Of a DNA stretch of 64,000 nt, positions 30,669-43,600 are shown piece after piece. The translations under genes and the position numbers were made by a program. The stretch covers positions 50,592,001 through 50,656,000 of the forward strand of contig OZ024751.1 in assembly GCA_964016885.1 (NCBI GenBank). The letters run 5' to 3'. The notes under the pieces are model-generated. The model was given only the letters and a program-made list of their open reading frames with translations. It was not told the origin of the DNA and searched no databases. Source of the stretch: Eledone cirrhosa. Its lineage: Eukaryota. Numbering within the stretch: the stretch's first letter is position 1; the number at the start of each line of letters is the position of its first letter.

Positions 30669-33331
30669 TATGTGTGTGTGTGTTTGCATCTCTAGCATAT
30701 GTGATGCCTGTTTTTTTGGTTTGCTTTTTCTCAATGAGTTTCTTGCGTAACATCAAGTTTTAAGTGAGACCCCTTCCTCCATCCTTCCATCCAATAAATC
30801 TTCATTAGTTTATGTTATTATATGAGCAAGAGTCCTGATATACCAATCAGCACATAATGATAGACTGCAAAATGAGGAAAACCTATTCGGGTCGGTTTTC
30901 TTCATTTCAACTCTGTACTGTTTTTCAAGGTACACAAACAAAGTTATACAAAATAAGATGAAAGTCTCTACTGAGGTGGTGGTATGGGAGGTTAGTTAAC
31001 TGTTTGTATGAATGAGGAAAGGTTTTACATACCATACACATTGCTTTAGCTTCTATTCGTAGTCCTATACCTCCTATGGTCCAACATATTTTCAATCTAT
31101 CTGTCACCGTTAGTTTGTTGATCTACCACCTGGGCGGCACTGTTTCTACCAAACATTCTACTATTATGTTTGTACTTTGTCCTATTATTGTTTCTGTTTT
31201 AGACTTTATATTACATGTAACTATCTTTACTTGTATTATTTCCTGTTTTAAGCTTCGTTCTAGTTTAAATAAGACATTAATACAATGAAGTTCTTTAAAA
31301 AATAATCATCAACATAAGCCGTCTCCCTATACTTTTCAGCAGACCTTCATGGGAGCAGTCTGGCTCCATAAAATGAAATTTGGTATTGTGATAAGCTAAG
31401 AACTTTACAGGACCATAGTATATCGGAGAGGAGAGGAAATTCTTGAATTTATAATGGGTTGAGCCTGAGAACTTTTCAGCATCCCTCCCATATATGTGGT
31501 ATAACTTGACACGGTTATGTTTTAGAAGTTCAATTTCTCTCCCCTTGCCCCTCCCTGCTACTATTTTCTTATGGTTGGTCAATGACCTTGGTCCCAAGGT
31601 TGCTAGATTTAAGAGGCCTAACCTGTATTATCATATTGTTGTTGCTGTTGTTGTTAGGGATTGGCACAATTGGTTGAGAGTTGAATAACATGCTTTGCAG
31701 CATATAGTTATGTCCCTGAGTTCACATCCTCTTGAGGTTAGCTTTGTCTTCCATCTTTACAGGGTGGATAAAATAAAGTACCAGTAATGTAGCAGGGTCG
31801 ATTTAATTGATGTTCCCCTCCATCAAAATTGTTGGCATTGTGCTTAAATTAGAAACCATTATTTGATTGAATGGCAAACTAACTACTTGCAGTATTTGTT
31901 TTTATATACAAAAAATTGACTTTCTGTGGCTTCATAGGTTATTAATCATTTTTTAGTCGTCAATATGTTTATTTTGACATGGAAACTGCCATCTGTTTAT
32001 TTTTGTGTTCTAGAAAAAGAATGAGTGATAGTAACAAAATGCATCCAGTACATGCTGTAAAGGGATTGGGCATCCAGTTGTAGAAACTATGTCTCCCAAA
32101 AGGGTAGAGAGGACGTCCCAGTATACTCTTTAAACTGGTAGGTGTTAGTTTCTACGGCTGGATGCCCTTCCTATGTCCCTCAAAAGGATAGAGATGGCGC
32201 CCCAGGATAGTGAAGACTTTTCAATTACAGCAAGGATATGACAACTTCTCTAGTTTTGACGCCACAATAAAATCAATCTAATACACTCTGTAAAGTGGTT
32301 AGCGTTAGGAAAGACATCCAACTATAAAAATAATGCCAAAAACTGGGATATATTGAGCAAAATGTGTTCTGCCGAGCCATCTAGGAGTACAGTAGCACTG
32401 ATTAAAATTTATCAGGGAAGCTTTCGTTGTAACATAACACACTAACAATTTCTAATCAGGTGAAAAACTTGTAAAATAGAATAAAATAAAGTCTATAATT
32501 CAACCCACTTCCTGATTAAAGCAGTAAATTGGTAGAATCGTTAGAACTTTGGGTAATATGCTTTGTAGTATTTATTTTAACACTCTGGGGTCAACTTTGC
32601 CATTCAGCTTTTCAAGTTTGCTTTTTTTTTTTAAATACTGGGATCGATTCTTCCTTTATATCTCTTTCTCATTCTCTCTCTCCTTTGGAAGAAATCGGCT
32701 GTGTTCAAATCTGGAGAGAGATAGGCTCCACCAGGTTTAAAATGCCCAAGACATGCTTTATGTCATTACGACTTTACCAAGAGTTAATGGTCCCTGCATA
32801 CATACAAATCCTGGTATAAATTAGAGACGAAAGGGGACGGGATAGTCGCACCCGGGTGGAAGTGAGCCTGTCAAGGGCCTATCAAACCTGTTAATTAATG
32901 TGGGGTGTCAAAAGTATGTTTGTCCTCAAGAATCTTTGCTACATCACTATGTAAACATTTTTATGTACATATTAAAACAAAATATATTCTGTATATGACA
33001 TTTATTACACCATATATAACCATGAAGCACGTTTGATGATAATATAGACACAATGTAACAGAGTTATGGATATAAAGCTCTGCAGGTATTTATATGTAGC
33101 TTTGGAGGTATTTAGATAAAGCCCTGGGGGTATTTATAAATATAGAGCTTTTGCTCAACTTACGTTAGGTTAGATCTAAGAACTATCAGTTGCATAACAT
33201 GTTGAAAAATGATGGTAAATGAAATATAATAAATATACTTGAAAAGATTTTTTTTTTTTTTTTTTTTTTTGGTCAAATATATTTGTTGGTGTTCGTTGCT
33301 TAGAGGGAGGATGGTTAAAATCATTTGGCGA

Positions 33332-34252
33332 TCACGGTTTCTTCCGGCAACTCTCCTTAAGGTATGAATAAACCATCAGAGTTATGCTGTTGACCAAAAA
33401 TGCTCGGATCGATACAGGAACGAATCCTCTAAAAAATAAAGGAATACCACCTTCTTGATATGTAGCTCTAGCGCAACTCCAGAGATTATGGTAAAGTCTC
33501 CTGTGACAATCAGACTGTATACGGTTTTTAATCACATCTAATGGAAGTGTCACTGACCAACTGATAACTCCTGTCAAACCTCCGGCTATAAAGTTCAAAA
33601 TAGCCTCCGACATTTTCGGATACAGATTCTTCCATTTGTGACACAAATACTCATACGATAAACTGTAGACGCCGCACGAAGGAATATCACGTATGTTATG
33701 AATAAGGAAACCTCGGTAACATCCCATCAAACCGTTTTTTCGAACAATATCGACAAGAGCGTCGAGAGGTCCTTTATAATATTTACATCCCGGTGTATGA
33801 CCCACTTGCGACTGTAAGACGACTTTAGTTAATTCAAAAGGACAACCAGGTATAGTTTGGACAAAACCTCCTGCACAACCAGCAACAAGTATATTGGAAT
33901 AGTTTGGCCTTATATTTGACATGAAAGAATCAGAAGATTTTGTTTGTGCATTCATAAAAGTGAGTATGTTTCCATAGACTCCGAAGTAAATGGAATTTAA
34001 TACGCCGTATGATAGAAATGGTGAAAGAAGTCCGCGAAAATGTCCGTTTATTAGTCCTTCCTTGTTTATTATGACAAAAGCACCCGCCATTGTCTTCGTT
34101 TGGCTGGGTACCACATTCCCCAAAGTATCGAGCTGAACTGTTTGTAATTTCACTTTTAAGGTATCAAGTGGGTGACCTATACATATCCCTGACAAACCAG
34201 CTATAAAACCAGCAGTAAAATCATGTATTGGCTCACAAGACGGATTTGTCAT
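33332..34252 (-). CDS. Mitochondrial carrier, SLC25A45/47/48-like, intronless, 306 aa
   Basis: Three carrier signature motifs (PLDTLKVKLQ, PFELTKVVLQ, PLDVIKNRIQ) plus RDIP and RAFLVN. First ATG at 34252; the ORF track starts upstream at a GTG. No stops or introns. Confidence 0.9.
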   Translation of the reverse strand: MTNPSCEPIHDFTAGFIAGLSGICIGHPLDTLKVKLQTVQLDTLGNVVPSQTKTMAGAFVIINKEGLINGHFRGLLSPFLSYGVLNSIYFGVYGNILTFMNAQTKSSDSFMSNIRPNYSNILVAGCAGGFVQTIPGCPFELTKVVLQSQVGHTPGCKYYKGPLDALVDIVRKNGLMGCYRGFLIHNIRDIPSCGVYSLSYEYLCHKWKNLYPKMSEAILNFIAGGLTGVISWSVTLPLDVIKNRIQSDCHRRLYHNLWSCARATYQEGGIPLFFRGFVPVSIRAFLVNSITLMVYSYLKESCRKKP

Positions 34253-35315
34253 AACTAACAAAGAGCGGAGAAACCGAAGACAGTTTTGGTTTCTTTGTCT
34301 ACAACAAGTTAAGACATTCACCAGACATTTCCTATTTCTTCGATTACAATGTCCTTCATTTTTCTTCCTTTTTCAATTCCATGACGTCAACAATGAATTC
34401 ATCATGTCACATATGGTGTTCCGTTTATTTATATTTATATTCTTTTATTCTTTAAATCTCTTTTATTAGTTCCAGTCATTGGAGTGTAGCCATGCTGGTG
34501 ATCCGTGCCCACTGTCTGTTTTATAGATTGGTTTCATATTTTATCGATTCCAGCAGGAGAGAAAATAAAGTCGACCTCGGTCGGAATTGGAACTCGTGAT
34601 GTAAATACAAGGTGTTTTATTCCGATGCTGACAAGTACACAGCAGGAACCAGACTACCTAGTGTTTGTTGACTCTTAAGGAGGGTTACCCACTGTTTACC
34701 TATTGGAAGGGTGTTACTAAATACTCACAAGACTCATTAGAAATAACAGCTATCTTCATTGTTTAAGTACAATAGCAGACGGTAACAATCCTTATCCACC
34801 CAATGCAGCTTTCATAACCAGTTGTTGTCCCCATAGTCGGGTGACTACCCCTAGCGAATGATGGGATTTGAACACTCAGGATGCAAAGATCCGGAAAAGT
34901 TACCGCAAATCATCTCGTCCGGCGCTCTAACAATTCAGCCAATCCACCACCCTATGGATTACTACTTTATGTTATCAATCCCGAAAAGATTAAAAGTAAA
35001 GTTGACCGAGGTAGGACTTGAACTGAGAACACAGAAATCCAGAACACATACCACGATGTATTTAAAAATCCGATTTGTACTTAGTAAACACCCTCTTAAA
35101 CAGACACAGACAAAAACAGTAAAATCTAGTCAGATTGCAGTCAGAAGAGGCAACTCCAAACCTTCGAAGTCACTACCAACATTTTCTTTTATATATATAT
35201 ACACACACACATACATATATACATACATTTACGGATATTGTAGTGACTTGTGAGATCCACAGGCAAGAATCGAAATCACAACCTTTAGATTACAAAGATT
35301 AGATTTTCTGCCATT

Positions 35316-35808
35316 CAGTATCGGTAGAGGGTCGGACGCCATGCTTTGCAGCATAGAGTTACGGCCCTTTATGATCTGAGTTCAAATCCCACCGAGGTTA
35401 ACTTTGCCTTTCATCCTTACGGGGTCGATAAAATAAAGGATCAGTCACGCACTAGGGTCGATTTAATCGACTTTCCCCACGCCCCAAAATGGTGGCCTTG
35501 AGTTCAAATCCTGCCGAGGTTCACTTTGCCTTTCATCCTTACGGGGTCGATAAGATAAAGTACCAGTAATGTACTGGTAATTGCTGGCCTTGTGCCAAAA
35601 GTAGAAACAATTATTAATGGCGGTGGATTGGCAGTATCGGTAGAGGGTCGGACGCCATGCTTTCCAGTATAGTTACGTCCCTTTACGATCTGAGTTCAAA
35701 TCCCGCCGAGGTTGACTTTGCCTTTCATCCTTACGGGGTCGATAAAAAAAAGTACCAGTAATGCACTGGTGAATTGCTGGCCTTGTGCCTAAAGTAGAAA
35801 CAATTATT
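35316..35808 (+). mobile_element. Head-to-tail cluster of three SINE type C units
   Basis: Last unit 35619-35808 is full length (A box 35629, B box 35692) and flanked by attattaa. Confidence 0.85.
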
Positions 35809-37952
35809 AAACTCTGAGTGTGGACTACGGTCGTCTTCGTGTGCCTTTCACTTCCACGTTGGATTCTGTTGTAACAAAGAATTAATTTTCACATTTTTAA
35901 TTCTAAAATTAATCGGAAAAAAAATATAAAAAAAAACCCTGCAGTTTTCCTTATAAAGAGCAACGTTTAGTGAAATTTCAATAGAACCGTTCTACTACGA
36001 AAATATACCTCAAAATTGTGTTGTCGAAGTCTTTTTCATAATACATCTGAAATTTTAATTGCCAAACTCTATAGTCTCTGTTCTGTCACCATGTTTACTT
36101 TTAGTGTCGCAGCTCTTGCACTGGTGTCAATGTCTTTTACAACATCACAAGCGCTGCCACCTAAAAGCTATGGTTATCTATAAATTTACATCAAAATCTA
36201 TTCGTTTACAATTGTTTCGAAGGACAAATCACAATATAATATATGTGTTTTGTTTAGTTTCATTTATTAACAATTAGGAATGTTTTTATTATACAAAGCA
36301 TATAAATAAATCTACAGTAGAATAACATATCAAATATGTTTTAAATATATGCATAGATAACATTACAAATGCTTAGATAACATTATAAATTGCTCGCGAT
36401 TCTTTCAGAAGGATATATTCTTTTAATGTTGCAATATTAAAGAAATATTGGAATTTACCCGTCAAAATTTAACCACAAGTGAAATGAAACAATACAAAAT
36501 AAAGGGTAAGTTTTTTTGTTTGTTTTGTTTTTTGTTGTTGTTATTACACCCGTCTTAAAGACAGGTGTTTTTGAGTTCCCGGTTGAGGGAACCACAGAAA
36601 AAGAGTAATTTATTACGGTTTTCAAGGCCATATTCGTTCAAAACTCATAACATATCTGGGACATGGATGTAATAATGGTTTCTTATTTAGGCACAAGGTC
36701 AGCAATTTTAGGGTAGAGGGAAAGTCGATTAAATCAATCCCAGTGCTTGACTGGTACTTTATTTTATCAACCCTGTAATGATGGAAGGCAAAGCTAACCT
36801 CGGCGGGATTTGAACATAGATTGTAAATGACCATAACTCCAGGCTGCAAAGCATGGTGTCTGACACTCTACCGATTCTGCCAAACTATTATACAGATGTA
36901 ATAATAGTTCTACTTTGGGCACAAGGCCAGCAACTATCACAATGGTACTTTATTTTATCGACCCCGTAAGGCTGAAAGGCAAAGTTAAACTCGGCGGGAT
37001 TTGTAATAATAATAAGAATACATTCTACTTCCTGGTCTGGTAATGGAATCAATAACTTCATGGCTACGAGAACAACACCCTAACATTGGATCATAGACCG
37101 ACATGTGTGTTTTGGAAGGGTGGGGTATAAATAACCAATCAATCGATGTATTGACAAGTGGTGGTCGTGGGGATGACAATTGAATCCATTATTTCTGAAC
37201 TTGTTGACGATTGATTTTATAGAAAAAAAACTTGTCATGGTAAAACAGGATTAATGTTTCACTACACTCGCGTGTGTGTGGAGGGGGGTATGTGTGTGGG
37301 TGTTTGTGTGTGTGTATGCGTGAGTGTGTATTTGCATGTATGGAATTATATATGTGTGTTTAAATGTTTGTGTGAGTGATTTTTCTTTCTGTGTGTGTTT
37401 GTGTGTATGTCAATGTATTTTTTGTTTCTGTGTATGTATTTATATGTATGTTTATATATGGTGTGCGTGTGTACGGTTGTGTGTATCTACTGTGATATGG
37501 CAGGAACGTGTTAGGACGCGTATAATCTCTCTCTCCCTCTCTTTCTCACTAACCCCCCCCCTTCATACACACACTCTCTCTCTCTCTCTTGTCCCCCTCA
37601 CACACACCCAGACAAACACACACACTCTCTCTCTCGCCCCCCTCACACACACTCTCCCTCCCCCCCTCACACACTCAGACACACACACTCTGTCACTCCC
37701 CCCACACACACTCTCTCTCTCTCACCCCCCCCCCCCCACACACCCAGACAAAAACACACACTCTCTCTTTCTCTCTCTTTCGCCCCTCCTCACACACACT
37801 CTCTCACTCTCCCTCTCGCTCCCCCCATCACACACTCTCTGACACACACACTCTCTCCCCCTTGCCCCCCTTACACACACACACACTCTCACGCAAGCTG
37901 AATGTAAGAGTGATTTCATGCAGATATTGAGATTAATTAACAATCGACAATT

Positions 37953-39123
37953 ACCACCACCACCACCACATCTACCACCACCACCGCCACTACTACTACC
38001 ACAACCACCACCACCACCACATCTACGCCACCACCACCACTACTACTACCACTACCACCACCACCACCACTACTACTACTACCACCACCACCACTACTAC
38101 TACTACTACCACCACCACCACCACCACATCTACGCCACCACCACCACTACTACTACCACCACCACCACCGCCACATCTACGCCACTACCACCGTCGCCAC
38201 TACCACTACCACCACATCTACCGCCACCACTACCACCACCACCACCATCACTACCACCACCACCGCCACATCTATCACCAACACCATATCTACCACCACC
38301 ACCACCACCACATCTACCACCACCACCACCACCACCACCTACCACCAACACCACCACCACCACATCTACCGCCACCACTACCACCACCACCACCACATCT
38401 ATCACCATCACCACCACCACCTCTACCGCCACCACTACCACCACCGCCACCACCACCACCACCACCACCATCACCACCACCACATCTACCGCCACCACTA
38501 TCACCACCGCCACCACCACATCTATCACCACCACCACCACATCTACCGCTACCAACACCGCCACCACCACCACCACCACCACCACATCTACCACCACCAC
38601 CACCACATCTACCGCTACCACCACCGCCACCACTACCACCAGCACCACCACCACCACATCTGCCGCCACCACTATCACCACCACCACCGCCACCACTACC
38701 ACCACCACCACCATCACCACCACCACATCTACCGCCACCACTATCACCACCGCCACCGCCACCACCACATCTACCGCCACCACTATCACCACTACCACCG
38801 CCACCACGACATCTACCACCACCACCACCACATCTACCGCTACCACCACCGCCACCACCACCACTACCACCACCACCACCACCACCACCACCACATCTAC
38901 CACCACCACCACCACCACATCTACCGCTACCACCACCGCCACCACTACCACCACCGCCACCACCACTACCACCACCACCACCGCCACCACTACCACCACC
39001 GCCACCACCACCACTACCACCACCACCACCGCCACCACTACCACCACCGCCACCACATCTACCGCCACCACTATCACCACCGCCACCGCCACCACTACAA
39101 CCACCACCACATCTACCACCACC
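37953..39123. repeat. ~1.17-kb imperfect (ACC)n trinucleotide tract
   Basis: ACC with ACT/GCC/ACATCT variants; source of the poly-T/P/V/G ORFs. Confidence 0.95.
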
Positions 39124-39384
39124 AAGAAGAAGAACGAACGAAGGAGACAAAGAAGAACGAAGAAAAAGAAGACACATTGGGCCGTGTTTCTGATATTTTG
39201 AAGTTATAATTTCTCTTAACGGGTAACACGTGAGTTATATAGAAGAAGGGAAATAAATAATGTTCTCTAGAGATAATAAACACAACCAGAAGGATGTGGT
39301 CCGAACGTGGAAGAGCCGAACTCCCACTGTCATCGCCCCCATCTCTCTCGCCCTCCCCATCTCTCTATGGTGAGCAAATGGGGT

Positions 39385-40322
39385 CCCAACCGTGCTAATC
39401 AGATCAAGGCCTGGTGAAAGAGTCAGTCAACCGTGCTATTCAGATTAGGGGCTGGTGAAACTCAGTCAACCGTGCTTTTCAGTCAGGTCAGGGGCCGGTG
39501 AAAGTCAGTCAACCTTGCTATTCAGATCAGGGGCTGGTGAAAGAGTCAGTCAACCATTCTTTCTGATCAATGGCTGGTGAAAGGGTCAGTCAACCGTGCT
39601 ATTCAGATCAGGGGCTGGTGAAAGGGTCAGTCAACCATGCTTTCAGATCAGGGGCTGGTGAAAGGGTCAGTCAACCGTGCTATTCAGATCAGAGGCTGGT
39701 GAAAGGGTCAGTCAACCATGCTTTCAGATCAGGGGCTGGTGAAAGGGTCAGTCAACCGTGCTATTCAGATCAGGGGCTGGTGAAAGGGTCAGTCAACCGT
39801 GCTATTCAGATCAGGGGCTGGTGAAAGGGTCAGTCAACCGTGCTATTCAGATCAGGGGCTGGTGAAAGGGTCAGTCAACCATGCTTTCAGATCAGGGGCT
39901 GGTGAAAGGGTCAGTCAACCATGCTTTCAGATCAGGGGCTGGTGAAAGGGTCAGTCAACCGTGCTATTCAGATCAGGGGCTGGTGAAAGGGTCAGTCAAC
40001 CATGCTTTCAGATCAGGGGCTAGTGAAAGGGTCAGTCAACCATGCTTTCAGATCAGGGGCTGTTGAAGGGTCAGTCAACCATGCTTTCAGATCAGTGGCT
40101 GGTTAAAGGGTCAGTCAACCATGCTTTCAGATCAGGGGCTGGTGAAAGGGTCAGTCAACCGTGCTATTCAGATCAGGGGCTGGTGAAAGGGTCAGTCAAC
40201 CGCGCTATTCAGATCAGGGGCTGGTAAAAGGGCCAGTCAACCATGCTTTCAGATCAGGGGCTGGTGAAAGGGTCAGTCAACCATGCTTTCAGATCAGGGG
40301 CTGGTGAAAGGATCGGTCAACC
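39385..40322. repeat. 40/41-bp minisatellite (tcagatcaggggctggtgaaagggtcagtcaacc[atgctt/gtgctat]), ~23 units
   Basis: Two unit variants; degenerate left edge. Confidence 0.95.
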
Positions 40323-40687
40323 TATTTAGATCATAGAGAGGGTGAATACCAAGCACTGTATACATTGAGTTCAATCAAAAATGTCCTCATTATCCTTATA
40401 TATATCAATTAATGTAATTAATAAGATAAACTGTCATCAGTGATATTTATTCTGACAGACAATCTATAAGTTATTAGAGCCATAAATTAATTAAGATGTA
40501 AGTGTTAATTAAACAATACAGTAATGTGTTGTTGATTAACATTGATGGAAATTGTTTAATCCTAAATGTGCATATTTGTGACTAAAGGTGTTTCAATCGT
40601 GACCACCACCACCGAAATCTTTTCTGGTATTGTGTATGAAGGATGATATCATACATTATCTTTCGTCTATTCCTAGAGTAAAGTGTG

Positions 40688-43600
40688 ATAGTAACAGTAT
40701 AGAGCCTGGTTTCTTACTGTTTCTAACGAGTCTAGAAGCTCTATTATAGTAACAGTATAGAGCCTGGTTTCTTACTGTGTCTAACGAGTCTAGAAGCTCT
40801 ATTATAGTAACAGTATAGAGCCTGGTTTTCTTACTGTTTCTAACGAGTCTAGAAGCTCTATTATAGTAACAATATAGAGCCTGGTTTCTTACTGTTTCTA
40901 ACGACTCTAGAAGCTCTATTATAGTAACAGTATAGAGCCTGGTTTCTTACTGTTTCTAACGACTCTAGAAGCTCTATTATACTAACAGTATAGAGCCTGG
41001 TTTCTTACTGTTTCTAACGAGTCTAGAAGCTCTATTATAGTAACAGTATAGAGCCTGGTTTCTTACTGTTTCTAACGACTCTAGAAGCTCTATTATACTA
41101 ACAGTATAGAGCCTGGTTTCTTACTGTTTCTAACGAGTCTAGAAGCTCTATTATAGTAACAGTATAGAGCCTGGTTTCTTACTGTTTCTAACGAGTCTAG
41201 AAACTCTATTATAGTAACAGTATAGAGCCTGGTTTCTTACTGTTTCTAACGAGTCTAGAAGCTCTATTATAGTAACAATATAGAGCCTGGTTTTCTTACT
41301 GTTTCTAACGAGTCTAGAAACTCTATTATAGTAACAGTATAGAGCCTGGTTTTCTTACTGTTTCTAACGAGTCTAGAAACTCTATTATATTAACGGTATA
41401 GAGCCTGGTTTTCTTACTGTTTCTAACGAGTCTAGAAGCTCTATTATATTAACAGTATAGAGCCTGGTTTCTTACTGTTTCTAACGAGTCTAGAAACTCT
41501 ATTATAGTAACAGTATAGAGCCTGGTTTTCTTACTGTTTCTAACGAGTCTAGAAACTCTATTATATTAACGGTATAGAGCCTGGTTTCTTACTGTTTCTA
41601 ACGAGTCTAGAAGCTCTATTATAGTAACAGTATAGAGCCTGGTTTTCTTACTGTTTCTAACGAGTCTAGAAACTCTATTATATTAACGGTATAGAGCCTG
41701 GTTTCTTACTGTTTCTAACGGGTTTAGAAGCTCTATTATAGTAACAATATAGAGCCTGGTTATCTTACTGTTTATAACGAGTCTAGAAGCTCTATTATAG
41801 TAACAGTATAGAGCCTGGTTTTCTTACTGTTTCTAACGAGTCTAGAAACTCTATTATATTAACGGTATAGAGCCTGGTTTCTTACTGTTTCTAACGAGTT
41901 TAGAAGCTCTATTATAGTAACAATATAGAGCCTGGTTATCTTACTGTTTCTAACGAGTCTAGAAGCTCTATTATAGTAACAGTATAGAGCCTGGTTTCTT
42001 ACTGTTTCTAACGAGTCTAGAAGCTCTATTATAGTAACAGTATAGAGCCTGGTTTCTTACTGTTTCTAACGAGTCTAGAAGCTCTATTATAGTAACAGTA
42101 TAGAGCCTGGTTTCTTACTGTTTCTAACGAGTCTAGAAGCTCTATTATAGTAACAGTATAGAGCCTGGTTTCTTACTGTTTCTAACGACTCTAGAAGCTC
42201 TATTATAGTAACGGTATAGAGCCTGGTTTCTTACTGTTTCTAACGAGTCTAGAAGCTCTATTATAGTAACGGTATAGAGCCTGGTTTTCTTACTGTTTCT
42301 AACGAGTCTAGAAGCTCTATTATAGTAACAGTATAGAGCCTGGTTTTCTTACTGTTTCTAACGAGTCTAGAAACTCTATTATATTAACTGTATAGAGCCT
42401 GGTTTCTTACTGTTTCTAACGGGTTTAGAAGCTCTATTATAGTAACAATATAGAGCCTGGTTATCTTACTGTTTATAACGAGTCTAGAAGCTCTATTATA
42501 GTAACAGTATAGAGCCTGGTTTCTTACTGTTTCTAACGACTCTAGAAGCTCTATTATAGTAACAGTATAGAGCCTGGTTTCTTACTGTTTCTAACGAGTC
42601 TAGAAGCTCTATTATAGTAACAGTATAGAGCCTGGTTTTCTTACTGTTTCTAACGACTCTAGAAGCTCTATTATAGTAACAGTATAGAGCCTGGTTTCTT
42701 ACTGTTTCTAACGAGTCTAGAAGCTCTATTATAGTAACAATATAGAGCCTGGTTATCTTACTGTTTCTAACGAGTCTAGAAACTCTATTATATTAACAGT
42801 ATAGAGCCTGGTTTTCTTACTGTTTCTAACGACTCTAGAAGCTCTATTATAGTAACAGTATAGAGCCTGGTTTCTTACTGTTTCTAACGACTCTAGAAGC
42901 TCTATTATAGTAACAGTATAGAGCCTGGTTTTCTTACTGTTTCTAACGGGTCTAGAAGCTCTATTATAGTAACAGTATAGAGCCTGGTTTCTTACTGTTT
43001 CTAACGACTCTAGAAGCTCTATTATAGTAACAGTATAGAGCCTGGTTTCTTACTGTTTCTAACGAGTCTAGAAGCTCTATTATAGTAACAGTATAGAGCC
43101 TGGTTTCTTACTGTTTCTAACGAGTCTAGAAGCTCTATTATAGTAACAGTATAGAGCCTGGTTTCTAACTGTTTATAACGAGTCTAGAAGCTCTATTATA
43201 GTAACAGTATAGAGCCTGGTTTTCTTACTGTTTCTAACGGGTCTAGAAGCTCTATTATAGTAACAGTATAGAGCCTGGTTTCTTACTGTTTCTAACGAGT
43301 CTAGAAGCTCTATTATAGTAACAGTATAGAGCCTGGTTTTCTTACTGTTTCTAACGGGTCTAGAAGCTCTATTATAGTAACAGTATAGAGCCTGGTTTCT
43401 TACTGTTTCTAACGAGTCTAGAAGCTCTATTATAGTAACAGTATAGAGCCTGGTTTTCTTACTGTTTCTAACGGGTCTAGAAGCTCTATTATAGTAACAG
43501 TATAGAGCCTGGTTTCTTACTGTTTCTAACGACTCTAGAAGCTCTATTATAGTAACAGTATAGAGCCTGGTTTCTTACTGTTTCTAACGAGTCTAGAAGC

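Noticed and set aside
34253-34321. N-terminal extension of the SLC25 ORF
   Set aside because: Starts at GTG; the first ATG at 34252 already gives a full-size carrier
37918-39201. 427-aa Pro/His/Thr mucin-like ORF and antisense poly-Val/Gly ORFs
   Set aside because: Imperfect (ACC)n tract open in several frames on both strands; no signal peptide, domain or splice support
39570-40227. 27-aa repeat ORFs
   Set aside because: Product of 40+41-bp minisatellite dimers; frames break irregularly
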